A stretch of DNA of 62,167 nucleotides, filler included, from Rhabdomonas costata (lineage: Eukaryota), in assembly GCA_019059605.1 (NCBI GenBank). It is 31 parts of 31 records of this genome, joined end to end, with 100 filler letters (N's around TTAATTAATTAA, not from the genome) between each part and the next. Parts side by side here need not be neighbours in the genome. Positions count along the whole stretch, not along the records: positions 34,152 to 36,060 come from JAHMHO010007506.1; positions 36,161 to 38,069 come from JAHMHO010007507.1; positions 38,170 to 40,078 come from JAHMHO010007508.1; positions 40,179 to 42,087 come from JAHMHO010007509.1; positions 42,188 to 44,096 come from JAHMHO010007510.1; positions 44,197 to 46,105 come from JAHMHO010007511.1; positions 46,206 to 48,113 come from JAHMHO010007512.1; 24 more parts are not named here. One strand, written 5' to 3'. This document shows positions 34,157 through 46,857 of the stretch, piece by piece. Under the pieces are notes generated by a model that saw nothing but the letters and a program-made list of their open reading frames with translations, had not been told where the DNA came from and did not search any database. The translations under genes were made by a program, and so were the position numbers. The first letter of the stretch is position 1. Each line of letters opens with the position of its first letter.

Positions 34157-34879
34157 TTGTGTCTCTCCAAAGGACTGAGGCCGCCATCGTTTTCCCCACG
34201 CGGATTCACGCACTGTATCTCCTTGGTAGAGTTTGAGTTTGCCGGAAGCAAGTATATCTGCTTTGGGCTGGCTTCTGCAGGTCTTTTCAGTATAAAAACG
34301 CCGCCTCAAGCTGGTGTGAGCCCCGAGAAGCATCTCCAAAGCAAGATTTCTCGGGCATACGACAAACTCGTCGAGGCAGTGTCCCGGTTTCGGATTCCTC
34401 TGTGTCCGGGAGGGAAGGGGCTTGACTTGGGAGCCAGCCCTGGCGGCTGGACTCAGTATCTCAGCGAGCTTGGCCTGGAGGTGTTTTCTGTAGACCCTGC
34501 CCCGCTGGCGTTGGGACCGGAGCTGATGCAGCGGGTGCATTGGGTTTCTGGAATGTCCTGCGATGAGGAAGTTCTGGAACGCCTGAGGCAGGTAGCTCCC
34601 TTTGATGTAATCGTGAGTGATATGAACCAGCTTCCGGATGAGCTTGCTCGGAGTTTTGATGGCTTGATCCCAATGCTAGTTCCCGGGGGATATGTCATTG
34701 TGACGATCAAGCTGTCGCACCTGCGCCCGACCCTACAGCAGAACCGCGGTTACGCCAAGGGGGGTCAGCGCTTTATTAACTATTTCGCCGCAGCGTTTCC
34801 CCAGTTAAAGCAGATTGGAAACGTTAAGTGGCTATTGCAAAACAGAAACGAACGGTGTGTTGCCTTCCAAAGCGACTAA
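34157..34879 (+). CDS. FtsJ/RrmJ-fold 2'-O-ribose RNA methyltransferase, RlmM-like (5' partial, no intron in fragment)
   Basis: Motifs ISRAYDKLVEA, GLDLGASPGGWTQYL, VFSVDPA, VIVSDMN, VIVTIKL and RNER. A K-D-K-E catalytic tetrad is identifiable. Confidence 0.88.
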   Translation: MCLSKGLRPPSFSPRGFTHCISLVEFEFAGSKYICFGLASAGLFSIKTPPQAGVSPEKHLQSKISRAYDKLVEAVSRFRIPLCPGGKGLDLGASPGGWTQYLSELGLEVFSVDPAPLALGPELMQRVHWVSGMSCDEEVLERLRQVAPFDVIVSDMNQLPDELARSFDGLIPMLVPGGYVIVTIKLSHLRPTLQQNRGYAKGGQRFINYFAAAFPQLKQIGNVKWLLQNRNERCVAFQSD

Positions 34880-35675
34880 AAGCTGCTGAACTTCATCCTG
34901 GTGGGCTTGTTTTTGCGGAATTTCCAGTTGAAGGGACACTTGCTCGGTTAACTGGTGTATCAATCGTGGCACCACCCACAGGGCGTTCGTTGTCAAAATA
35001 AGTAATCACCTGCAGGTTTGATTGGTGCATTCCAATTTGGAAACGATTGAGCGTAGAGGTGTGTCGTTATTCTTAAACCTTTGCAAACCTCCCGGCCGTA
35101 AAAAAAGGCACCCTTTACCATTGTACTAACATTTAATTGCGCGGCTGTCCTCAAAGATTGGGTGGTCGTACTGACCGAAACCCTGGCCTTCTTGGAACCG
35201 GTGCCCTACTCCCCCTTGACGCATTTGCGTACCCGGAATCCCGGACGCGCTTTTGGGAGTTGTGGGGTAAACGGTGGCGCCTGCACCCCCTGAGGGCCCA
35301 TGCGCTCCCGGGCCCCCTCCTACCCCGGCGATGGCCCGGCGATGGCGTTGCCTCAGCTCTACGACCAGAAAGTCACCCGAGGAAACCCCCGGGGCTCCTC
35401 TTGCCACTCGGGCGGCATATGACCGCGGTTACTGCACAACAAGCGTTTCCCGCAGATGTCCCCGTTCACATCCAGCGCCACCCCCATCTTGCCAAGGTCT
35501 ACCACGCGGAGCCGCATTTGCCCGGTTGTGCCACACAACCCCGCGGCGCAAAGAAGACAAGGGGGGCGGGAAACGACAACAACCTTACGGCTGGGGCGCG
35601 GTCTGCCTGAACAAGGCCCCTTAGTTCAGCGGAAGTAACGGTACCAGGCGGTAAACCGCCCACACCCTTGGAGAA

Positions 35676-35792
35676 GGGACGTCCCCCAAAAAGATTAACA
35701 CAGCCGGACAAAAATCAACCCAGACACGCCGATTTAGAACGCCCAAACGTGTAAAAGAAAACCCCATTTTGGGGGGGGGGGGCTTTGCCCCG
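35676..35792 (+). repeat. Dispersed repeat, copy 2 (homologous to 31313-31450)
   Basis: CCCCCAAAAAGATTAACA..GGACAAAAATCAACCCAGACACGCCGATTTAGAACGC..GCTTTGCCCC. Confidence 0.7.
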
Positions 35793-36160
35793 CACTTTAA
35801 CTCCTCTTTCGCGCTTTTGAGTGCGCAAGGTCCTCTATCAAAACAACAAATGGGAACCACCAAATGGGGCTACGGCATACTACCTTGCCAATTAACAGGA
35901 CTGCCATATTCCGTTGTGCCGGTATCAATTTCCCAAAAGGGCTTCCACGTAAACATCTTGCTCCACCGGCTTTTTGCGGTTCTTTATCCCGGTGGGCCCC
36001 AGGATTGAAGTGCGTCTTAATAAAATTCGTGACACGGCGGGAAATTTTATCCCAACACAANNNNNNNNNNNNNNNNNNNNNNNNNNNNNNNNNNNNNNNN
36101 NNNNTTAATTAATTAANNNNNNNNNNNNNNNNNNNNNNNNNNNNNNNNNNNNNNNNNNNN

Positions 36161-38052
36161 CTAACACGACTGAAGCGCGGCGGGTCAGACCTCGAGAACG
36201 TCGATGGCAGGCTGACGAGTATTTTGGAGGTGTGGTCTGAGCTCGCGAGCTTATTCTCGTCCGTGTCTCGTGCCCCTCACCAGATGGCGCACAGCACACA
36301 GCGCACAGCACCTCTCCTCCGACGAGCCCAAGCATTTTGGGTTGATTCTCGGACATTCTTTGTCGCAGCTTTGAATATGAGGATTGTAATGACGTAATGG
36401 CGCGATAATGGAGAAAAGACGCAGATGGAAGCTCAATAAAACGCCACTGCTGAAGCACACGATCAAAAAATCAAACCGGTGCAGGAGGACCTCCACCGGC
36501 AGCGCAAGTTGATCGGGCAGCGGCTGCGACTGAAGCGCAAGTTGGCGAAGATTCAACAGTGGATCGACGAGCGTCTGCCCTCTGTGTGCAGTTTTGCATT
36601 TCACTCCCATTCCTAAATGGGAAAGGTTGAGATCTCTGCCCTCTTTTGCAAACGTGCACACATCCACTGTGTGTGGTTTCTGCGATTCTCAGAGAGAAAT
36701 TCGTAAGTTTTGGGCTGCACCACACAGTTAGACACGCATACTATTGTGCCGCTGGAGGAAGCTCTGTGCGCTGCTTGTTTTTTTATGACGGGCTTTTCTT
36801 TTCTCTCCCTTCTCAGTTGAACGTTGGCTTGGCTGCTTGTCATTGTGCACTCTCTTTGACACATTCATTTCTTCGCTTATTCCATCGCTCCTCTCCCCCA
36901 AAAAAACCTACACCTAACGCGCGCGCGCACACACACACACACACACATTTACCGCTCAACCCAGAGTTCACCCCTTTCACCTCACTCACACTCTCTCAGA
37001 GGGGGGTCCGTGCGCTGCGGGGCCGCCTGGTGGCCTTCCTGGCCCAATGCCCCGTCCGCCACCCCGCGGTGTTCTCGGACTTCAGCCAGTCCTGGGAGCA
37101 GGCCTCAGGGGTCGGCTTTGCCAGTGAGCTGCTGGTGTGAGGGGAGACAAGGGACGGGCGCGGCGGCGTTCTCTTTCCCCGTTGAAGAGGGATCCCGGAG
37201 AAGGTTTTCCACTTGCGCGGCGGTGCACGTACACACAGGTCTGTTCGGTAATCCTGCTCGAGCCCGAACCCTGCGGGGGGGGGGGCGGTGAGCGCTCCCA
37301 AGACACTCACGCACCCACCCTTGCACCGCTTTCTTCCTAAGGAGTTCGTTCTTCGGGAGCCCTCAGGAGCGTTGCTGGCTCACGCTCCGCTGCATGGGAC
37401 GTGCGAGAACGACCCAGGACAGGCCGTGCAGGCATGTGCTTGGCTTGCACTCTTTCTCATTCCTTCACCGCAAACAAAGCATTTTATTCCCCACCCCTAG
37501 CCTTCCTTCTCTCTTTTCTTGAACATTTTCAAATCGGTCTTGCGCTGTACTCATGCGCGGGGAGGAGGAGGGGGTGGCAAGACATCCGCGGCTCCCTCGC
37601 CCTCCCTTCTCGCAAATTGTTCGTCTTCCTTCTGGTCACTCAGACGACGACACTCGCCGGGCTGGTGGAGTCCCAGTCCTCCTGCCCTTGTATGAAGTGC
37701 CCGTGTCTTTTTTCTTGTCCTTTTTTGTGAGGGTTCTGCCTTCCCCTGGGTTGGGTGTCTGTGTGGGAGATGCTGCTCTCTTTCCAGTTGTTTTCTTTCC
37801 CACTTCCCCACTGCCAGAAAACGACAACACTCCTCTGGAAGCGAGGCAGTGGGTGGGTACTCGATATCTTCATATGAAGTTTGTTCCGATGGTCAGGCAG
37901 AAGCGTATTCAAGGAACAACGGAAGACATCGTCGACATTGTACCCAGAAAAAGGCAGCTGGGAACTGGGGGAGTCGTGTTTCTGCCCCCACAGACTTGAC
38001 CCTGGAGCTGTGCAGCCAGGCCGGCAGCGTGGTCGAGTTCGGCGGGGGCAGA
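36161..38052 (+). CDS. Hypothetical protein, 6 internal exons
   Basis: Exons 36161-36229, 36485-36583, 37000-37134, 37342-37431, 37644-37689 and 37994-contig end join in one frame: LTRLKRGG..ILE|EDLHRQRKL..LPS|RGVRALRG..ELL|EFVLREP..AVQ|TTTLAGL..CP|YLTLELCS. Confidence 0.65.
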
Positions 38053-40886
38053 AACACGACCAACCAAAANNNNNNNNNNNNNNNNNNNNNNNNNNNNNNN
38101 NNNNNNNNNNNNNTTAATTAATTAANNNNNNNNNNNNNNNNNNNNNNNNNNNNNNNNNNNNNNNNNNNNGGTGTGGGTGGAAATGAAAGAATACCGGGGT
38201 TTTGTGAGAAACGACACGAGGCACGAGTGCGTGACCTGCAGGCGGAAGTTCATACCGGAATGTGGAACGCGTTCAAACAAAACAGGTAAGACGGATGCAT
38301 AGTGGCATACTGAATGATCCTCGTGATGGCGGGGGGCGTAAATAAAACAGCTTAACCAAACTAGGCTTTCAGCTCAAGGTGACAGCAGTCTGTGCCGGGG
38401 GATCCACATTCAGCAGTCGTGGGGGCAGTGGGAGCGCGGGGGCGGCAGGAGCAAAACCAGATACCGCTAGAGTGCATTTTCTTGATTGGAGTTGGGCGGA
38501 GGCGACCGGCAAGAAAGAGATACCTCCGTCCGCATTGCAGTGAGGACACTGCTGCACAGTTCCCTTTGTTGTGCTGTGGTGGGCCGGTGGCACCCCGCAG
38601 CGCTTGCAAGGTGGTGCGCCCCCTCCTCCCCTGAAATGTTTCTGCAGCCACTATCAAGATTGCTGCCGCCCCCGCTGCTGCTGCTTCCGGCGCTGCAGCT
38701 GCTAATGTGCTGCCGCGCTGCCCTCAGTCGGTCCGCCCGGCGGCCATGCAAGCTGTCCCAGTACCGCTCCAGAGCACGCTGCCGGGCTTGCGCTCGACAG
38801 GGTCCGGCCTTCACAGCGGTGTGGTGAGAGTGGGTGCCCAGGGAGGCCCCAGTGCAAGGAAAGGAGTCGGCCAGCATGTGGAACAGGAGACTTAGTCCAG
38901 GTTTGGGCACCAGCACGTCGGTAAGGAGAAGGGTGTGTTGAGACGTACAATGAGCCGAGCTGAGGAGCTGAGCGGTTGTCAGGATAATAAGCGATGAGCT
39001 GTTCAGCAGTGGTGCGGACAACAGCAAGGGAAGGAGACGGCAATACTAGATGAAAACAAGGCCCGACCTGCGAAAACCCTATAAACCTGTGCAGGAGGGC
39101 AGCGGCGGGACTAGAGCGACTGAAGAGAGTTAACTTAAGTCACGACGCATCAAAGGAAGCCCTTCCGAATGAGCTCGATGCCCGACACAATTTGGAATTC
39201 AAGACCCGTGGTGGTGCTGGACATCGCCTGCCATCTTCATGGCTTTACAATGACACACGTGGTTTTCCACATGTTTGGGGGGGCATCCCATGGCCATGAT
39301 CAATGAAGCCCCTAACGTCAACAGGCAGCCGCACCCTGGGCGAACAGCAAAACTCTTCGGGAACCACCGCCGTCATCGCACCAGCCAATACCACCGAACC
39401 TTTACCATGCACAAGCCTCCCCTCTCGACCACTACCTACCAATTTGCCAAGGTGACTGAATCATGGAGTTAACGCAGTGGCAATGGGTCTGCTACAAACA
39501 AGGCTACAAACAAGGGCTGGTGATCTCATTTCGCCATGTTATCGGTCATTAAAACAAGTGCAGTACACCGTGAGAAAGAGTCTTTGCCATCCTTTGCCGA
39601 TTACTTGCGTAATGCCACAGCCATACACTTTCCAGAACACCCAGAGAGCAAGAAAACACCGACAACACGAGTTCATACGCATAAAATGCAGCAGGGTTTG
39701 GCAGTGACGCACTGCCCGCCAAGAAAAGCAAAAGACGGCCCGAGAAAGTGGAGTTGTAAAACGGACCCAGTTTCTCACAAACAAATGCCTCACCTACTGT
39801 TTTCCAATTCCTCAAAAGCAAAATGACAACATGCAACCACATCAGCACAAAACGGAAGACAAAGGTAATACATGGAGCATGCGCGGATGAGTCCCACGTG
39901 CTCGAATAGTGGAAACCTCACAGTAAGCTTCGCACTTCAGCGTTCAAGAGCGGCTGCTGACTGAAGTCCAAAGCGGTTGTATACGGGAGCTCAACCAAGA
40001 CAGGAGCCGTCAGCCATGCGATTCTTTGTCGCCTTTGGACAAAAAGCAAATGACAACTTGATCTGCGACCACAACACANNNNNNNNNNNNNNNNNNNNNN
40101 NNNNNNNNNNNNNNNNNNNNNNTTAATTAATTAANNNNNNNNNNNNNNNNNNNNNNNNNNNNNNNNNNNNNNNNNNNNGGTTGTTGGGGTCCACGATCTG
40201 CACGCTGCACGCTGAGAAGGGAAATCACAAACGCAGACCTCAAAAGCGCAGAAGCGCAACAAGGAGATTTACTTTATCGTTTCTGCTTTCTTCACCACAA
40301 CAAAGTTCCAGCCAATAATTCGACGGTATTCATTCACATACACACGTGCGCGGTCCATTTATAAGCACACAAGCATACACACCCTGAATATAAATACAGC
40401 GCACAGGCGGGCATTGGCGAAACCATGCCTTTTCCGCGAGGCGAGAACCAGCAAATGGTGGTTGTGTTCACGGCACTGGAACAGCATGTTTCACAAACAT
40501 TGTCCAGTGCAACATATTACTGCTTTTGAGCAAATGTTCATTGTCCAAGGTCCACGAGACAGAGAAGCCGAGAAGAAGAGAGAAAGAGAGAGAAAGAGCG
40601 TAAAAATTGGGAACAATGTAGCAGAGGGAAGAGCAGAGGACGCAGAGGAGTGGGAGGGTACGAAACAGCAACCACGAAACCCTAGGAGTGAGAAAAACGG
40701 GGGGTGTTTCCTGTACAAAGTGAACGGAAAAAAAGGTTGTGTTCAAATGCCCGACAACCACCAAGCCTCACTGAGCAATCTTCCTCCCGCATCCCTCGCC
40801 CTTTCATCAAAACAAAGTTCCAGCCAATAAAATGCCGTGTATTCACACACATACACATGGATTAATGAGCGCATATTCATACACAC

Positions 40887-41658
40887 CCTGAAAGGTGACG
40901 TAGTTCTGGTAGGTAAGGTCACTGCCAAACGCAATGTAGCCATAGCCTGCGGTGGACCAGCTCGTGCCCCTGCAACATATTTTTTGGGGGAGGGGGCGGG
41001 TGTCAAAACATCGCCAAATGGTTTCACGCTGCTGAAACGGTGAGGTACCAAACTTCGCTGCATTGTCGATTTTGGTGTGCATGTCCACGAAACTCCTGCC
41101 TCCAACCCTCTCGAGAACGTGCCCACCTCAGCAACCCCACTACAGCCGCCGCGGAGATTGCCTCCGCTCAACTCGGTTCCATTATTCTACGATTCCTGGA
41201 ACTGTTCATCGCCCTCTCCAGGAAAAGTCATCGAAGTGAGAAAATGTAGAGTAATACAATGTCTCCTGAAATGCAGTGCATGGCACCGTCGCATCGAGAT
41301 CTGCCGTTGTGCAGCACTGAAAGAGAAATCTAACCGCTCACCAGCCAGAGAGCTCAAAGTCGGTATCATCAACCTCATTTCATGACACTCAAACCGTGAG
41401 CATGTGCGCTGCCTTAATGGTTTAATTTTCTGGACGAGGACAGTGAGTCTGCTGAGGATGGGCGGCCGGTTGAGTGTGGGTTTTGGCGAAGAACCATGAG
41501 TTCCGAAGGATCCAGTACGGTGGGTTAGCAATGCTGTTGTACCCCACCAGCATTACCGCGTGGTTCCAGCTGGTTCCCTTCAAGGTCAGCACGGCGTTGG
41601 CCTGGAGGTTCTGGAAGGCGGAGCCATCCGCTTGAATCACAACCCCGACGGAGTGGTA
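40887..41658 (-). CDS. Papain-family (C1A) cysteine peptidase, C-terminal catalytic exons
   Basis: Exon 41658-41495 (..WNHAVMLVGYNSIANPPYWILRNS) joins exon 40969-~40887 (WGTSWSTAGYGYIAFG..). The catalytic His and Asn motifs are present, and the intron splits the Trp codon of NSWG. Confidence 0.92.
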
Positions 41659-42187
41659 CTGAGTGCATAAAACCGGGGGCCGACCAGTAAAGAGGCACAC
41701 CGAAAAGGAAATGAGAGAAGAGAGCGTCCTTCCAAAATACTACGATTCACTACAACTCAGGATACTTTCATAAATTACCGACAACAAAAACATAAAACGG
41801 GTGATTCTATGCACCTTGCGGCACAAATCACGAGTGCAAAGAACTAGCAAGAGCGTCTGACAAGTGATCTCAGCTGAAAATGAGAGGGCGGAAGCAAGAG
41901 ACCGCCCGTGGAGAACGCAAGAAAGAGCAACACAAGGTTCTGTACGCCAGCACGCTACATGGGAGACAGGGCAATCCACTCACGGGTGGGGCGAGAAACG
42001 AAAGGAGGAAGGGGGCCTCACGGGAGAACGAAAGGTCACCAGGACGAGGAAAGAGCGAAGTAAATGAAGAAAAAGGAAAGCAAAACCNNNNNNNNNNNNN
42101 NNNNNNNNNNNNNNNNNNNNNNNNNNNNNNNTTAATTAATTAANNNNNNNNNNNNNNNNNNNNNNNNNNNNNNNNNNNNNNNNNNNN

Positions 42188-43410
42188 AGATGGTGCGGAA
42201 GGTGAGCAGCCTTTTGGAGGCCCTGCAGGGGGACCCCGTGGAGGGTTGCGACGGCAGTAGCAGCAGCAGTGACAGCAGCAGTGACAGCAGCAGTGACAGC
42301 AGCAGCGAGGGCGTAGTCGAGTCTCCAGTGGCATGGCCTGCACCCCCCCCCGGCTTTCTCCCTTTTCTCTGATCACTAATCTGCTTCCGCCCAGTCGCTA
42401 ACACGAACACTTCTCACGAATAGACTGGCCTGGGATGCAAGAACCTGTACGTTGCCATTTCTTGCTTCGGCTTTAGCCCCAGTTGTTTGTCATTCATGTT
42501 GTTGACGCGCTTTTGTGTCCATAAGGACATTTTCACTTCAGTCAGAGTCAGAAAACTCTCGGGACTTGCGTTGGTGTGGTGTCGGGAGTGATATGCATGG
42601 CCATTGCGGGGGTTGATTATTAACTTTCGGTTGTGCGGATCTTTACGAACACTCAGGTCCCTGAGTCGCGCAGCACTATGAAAACGCATTTGAACATTAT
42701 CAAAAGTATCGAATGAATCTAAGCCGCTTATTTTCTGTTCAGACAAATTCGGTGGTACGCCGAACCTTTGCTTGGCTGTGCTTTTTGCTCCGGCACCGCT
42801 GCTCCCAGCGCACCGTACTTTAGAGTGTGCATCCCGATTTCCATTCTTTTGATGAATTGATGCCAGCATGACACCCGATTGTGAGAGATCTTCAGCCCAG
42901 TTTTGTTCTTCCCCTTTGCTGGATGATTTTTCCGCCGTTGGTGTGCGTTGTAATGATATCATTGGTCGGTTGAACGGGTTGAATTCGGGTTTGCTCTCTC
43001 ATCTTTTTACCCTGCAGCCGAGCAGCCCTCGCCAAGGTTTGCTGGCCTTGGTGGAGCACCTCCAGAAGAAGCGCCAGCGCTATGACGCAAAGGGCAAGGC
43101 ATCTGGATGTGCCTTTTCCTGCGTCATTCACCCCGTTCCTTGCGTTGCCCATCTTCCCTTTCACACTGCAAATCTCTCACACGAAGACGTGCACATGTCT
43201 AAAACGCAAATTAATTCGGCGAGGGTTTGTCCAGAATAAGCCTGAGCCACTGTGCATGTATGCGTCTGTGCCACTCAGAATGACAGAGTGGCGCTGATGA
43301 ATGAGCGTGTGAGACGCCTGCAAAGGGAGCTGCAGAGCTCTCCCGAGGACCTTCCTGCAGATGTCGGCAGCAGCCCTGGTAGCGGCACTGCGCAGCGCGA
43401 GCCTCCCCAG
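42188..43410 (+). CDS. Hypothetical coiled-coil/Ser-rich protein, 3 exons
   Basis: Exons ~42188-42330 (with a 12-bp repeat encoding SSSD), 43018-43098 and 43279-43410. The acceptors are clear; the donor positions are uncertain. Confidence 0.5.
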
Positions 43411-44254
43411 GTGCACCTGTTCGCCTGCTACTCTCCGAGTTGTGGCGCGGGGTCCCCACTGGTTTTCAAAAGTTCCCAATAGGAGTGGTGTACCGGTGGG
43501 TTTCAATGGCCGGTTTAACCGGTTTGAGCTGCCTTGTAGACTTCCTCGGGTATCGAAGCCGAGCGTTTCCCAAGCTGGTGAAACCCCGGAAAAGCGGTTC
43601 TTTGTTGTTGTACCACTCAGGTTGGCACCCACGCACACGTACACGCACCACACACACACACACTCACTTACACACGGCACCATGACCACAACTCTTCCAC
43701 CCCCTCACCCCCTCGAGCAAAGAGCAAAGATTCCATCACAATGAAATGTCAGTACTAGCAAAGGTCTACATTCAACAAGCCCGACTATTATCCGCTTGTG
43801 TTCCGTTGTCAACGTTGGCCGCTCCCGCTTCGGAACCCAACGTGCACTTGCACGCCTTGAGTGAGCAGGATGTGGGTTCTACTCGGGGCCCGGGCTATGC
43901 TGTGGACAGGATTGCCCACTTTACGAGCAAAACAGTCGCCTTGAGTTGCTTCGTCTTAGGATGGTCTGAAAGCATAGTAGCTCTGCGCCTGCTGTGCATG
44001 TGACATGTTGTGCAGCACGGCCGTACACATGCCTGCTACGATTTGCCTCGACCATCTGTTGACTCTGTTACACTGCACCCCAAACACACCCACCACNNNN
44101 NNNNNNNNNNNNNNNNNNNNNNNNNNNNNNNNNNNNNNNNTTAATTAATTAANNNNNNNNNNNNNNNNNNNNNNNNNNNNNNNNNNNNNNNNNNNNTGTT
44201 TTGGTTATATACTTGGCGTGGGGATTCCTAATCGCGGGCTTGCGGTATTTCAAG

Positions 44255-45909
44255 GGACCTATGGCGCCATGGTCAACGCCACAGAATGCCTGCCCTGCCT
44301 CCCGGGCACTATCGCATCCTCCACTGGCGCGTGGGAGTGCATGGCATGCGATTCAGCGCACCAGGCCAACGGCGCGGCCACGGCGTGTGTGGCGAAGCCC
44401 CAGCCGTGGCTGGTCGCGGCCATTATGGTGCCTGTGGTGGTGTGCTTGTTTAACGCTGCGTTTCTTTGGTGTGGTTTTTTGTGGGACCACTATGAAGATA
44501 ATGTGGTAAACAGAACGCCGAGGCTGCGTCCGTTAAATTCTGGTTTGGACATTCGGGTTAGGATACATGATGACATTGGCGAGATGATCGCTCATTTGAA
44601 GCGAGGAAGGGACGCCCCCTTTCCATGACTTGCCCTCGTCTGTCGCAGTTCTATGTGCATGCGTCAGTTTCGAAGAATGGTTGTGGGGTGTTGCCACGGT
44701 GCAGCAGTGAAAGCTTTTGAATGCTGTTCATGTCTTTGAAGGACTCTGCTTTGGACGCCTTCATTTCTGTTTCGGCAGTTGATCGTCCTCATCGTTGCTG
44801 GCGTTTTTCTTCGCGTACTTCAAGCCCGGCAGAGGTTATTTCTCCCCTCCCCCTTGGAGTGATAGTGCACAGCTTTTGATTCCTCTCGAGGGTGCACTGC
44901 TTAAGGCCTGATTTGCTTTGAGCACCCCTCGGTTACCCACCGACCCCCTTCCTGCAGGAGGCTAGAGGACAGCCTGCACATCATCCACCGCCAGCTGGAC
45001 GACGTAGAGGTCGCTGTGGGGCTCTCGGATGCCATTGCTACCTTCCACCTGGAGAAGATGTCCTTTTTGACGCAAATCCAGGTCCGTGTGTTTGCAACCT
45101 TGGAGTACTCGAACAGGTCGTCGGTGCAGTGCATACGGTTTGACAAGTTATCTCTTGCACGCAGGCGTCATAGCATATTCCGCAGCGTGACCCACTTTCA
45201 GTAACTTTGCCAGCTCGCCATTTGCTTTCAAACACCAAACTGCGTTGCTTCCTGCCACTGTGCGCATGTACACGTACGGAGGCGATGTCCTTCATGGGAG
45301 AGATTCAGATCGCGCAGAATCCGCGATCTCGGGATCTTGCCGCCTGGGATTATCGCTAATCTTACAGGTGAGCGAACAGACTCTGCGCAGCCATTTGCAT
45401 ATTTTGCCCTGCACTGAGCTGGTTTTGGCTATTTTGCTGATGCATGGTCGTATTGCTCGAGGAGCTATGCGTTGCGGGCTGTAATTATAGAACCCCACGC
45501 CGACGCAGCAGTCCTGCCTGAAGATCTACCGAAGCCTCACTGAGGTCCGCAAGTACATTCCCCAGGCCGTGCTGCAGGTGTGCAAGTCACCAATTCACCC
45601 AGCCTGGGCGCCGCACTTCAAGAAAGTTGACGTGAACATTGCCACAGTAGCAGAGGGATTGAATTGAAGGTGAATTTTCAGAGCCAGTATGATTGTGTAT
45701 AGATTTCTGTTTCAAACGGGAAGGTGTATAATTCCATGTAATGATAGTAGAAAAGGGTCTATCGTGATTGTGATGCCCACCCACTGGCGTGGCCCTCAAT
45801 GGCTTGCAACCGCTCTGGAACACAGCACCTTCGTAGCGAGGGTGGATCAACGGACGACGAGCTTGATGAGGGAAAGCTCACCACGCAGTCCGTGAAGGAC
45901 GCGGATCAG
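44255..45909 (+). CDS. Single-pass receptor with Cys-rich (GCC2/GCC3-like) ectodomain and a cyclase-type juxtamembrane region
   Basis: Exons 44255-44468 (GTY..CLPCLPGT..CMAC..C plus TM WLVAAIMVPVVVCLFNAAFLW), 44958-45081, 45491-45577 (NPTPTQQSCLKIYRSLTEVRKYIPQAVLQ) and 45826-45909, all in phase. The KYIPQAVL segment resembles the helix that precedes cyclase-type domains in discoban receptor cyclases. Confidence 0.7.
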
Positions 45910-46857
45910 GTGCTGAACTGCCGTTTTTGTTGTTTCCTATCTCTCTGCCTGCAGAACATAGAGACTCCCGGCAAGTTCGGGTGGTTCCCATTGTGGGGTC
46001 GGCCGGAGCAGCACCTCTCTCTCTTCTGGCTACCGGCTCACACCTCTTGACGAAAATAACTAAAGGCCCGGAGGGGACACACCTCCCCCAAACACATCTA
46101 ACACANNNNNNNNNNNNNNNNNNNNNNNNNNNNNNNNNNNNNNNNNNNNTTAATTAATTAANNNNNNNNNNNNNNNNNNNNNNNNNNNNNNNNNNNNNNN
46201 NNNNNTGTGCGGGAGTCCTCGTGAGGGGAGTGGGGGGTGGGTGCTTTCAATTTTTTATCATATCATCAAAGAGGAAAGATGGAGATCACTACCTCCACTA
46301 ACTCACTTCGTCAAGAGCGACCGATGTTGTGTCTTAGTGGGTTGGTTGACACTGCCAGGCAACATAGCGATCAAAATCCGGACCGGTGAGCTTGGGAGAT
46401 CTCCATTTTCGTCTCATCCCGTCAGAAAGGTCCAAAAAGGGCACCCCAGACCCTTGGAAATTCCGCATGTCAAAAAGGTCGTAAAAAGTCAAAAAAAAAA
46501 ATGGGGGGGGACCTTCAAAATGCAACCTGGGCGTATATAAGCCGCCAGAAGGTCCCAATAAACTCAATTCAGGAGTACTACCAGCCTCACAGACTCAAGC
46601 AGCAATGCAGCAGAGCGGTTAGCCAGTGCAAAAAAAAATCTAGCTGCGAGAGAAAGGCCAGAGAAATGGAGGTTACTAGAAATGGAAAATTCGGCGAAGA
46701 GCCGGTACCTCAAGGCACCGACCGAACCTCTTGCGAGCAAGTGTGGCCAACAGCTCATGCACCGTCAATTCACAGCAGTCACCAACAGTCAACATCAATC
46801 ATTCACGAGCCAGCATGCCATGCGCCAAAAATCCACAACACATACTGGGTCGCACAC

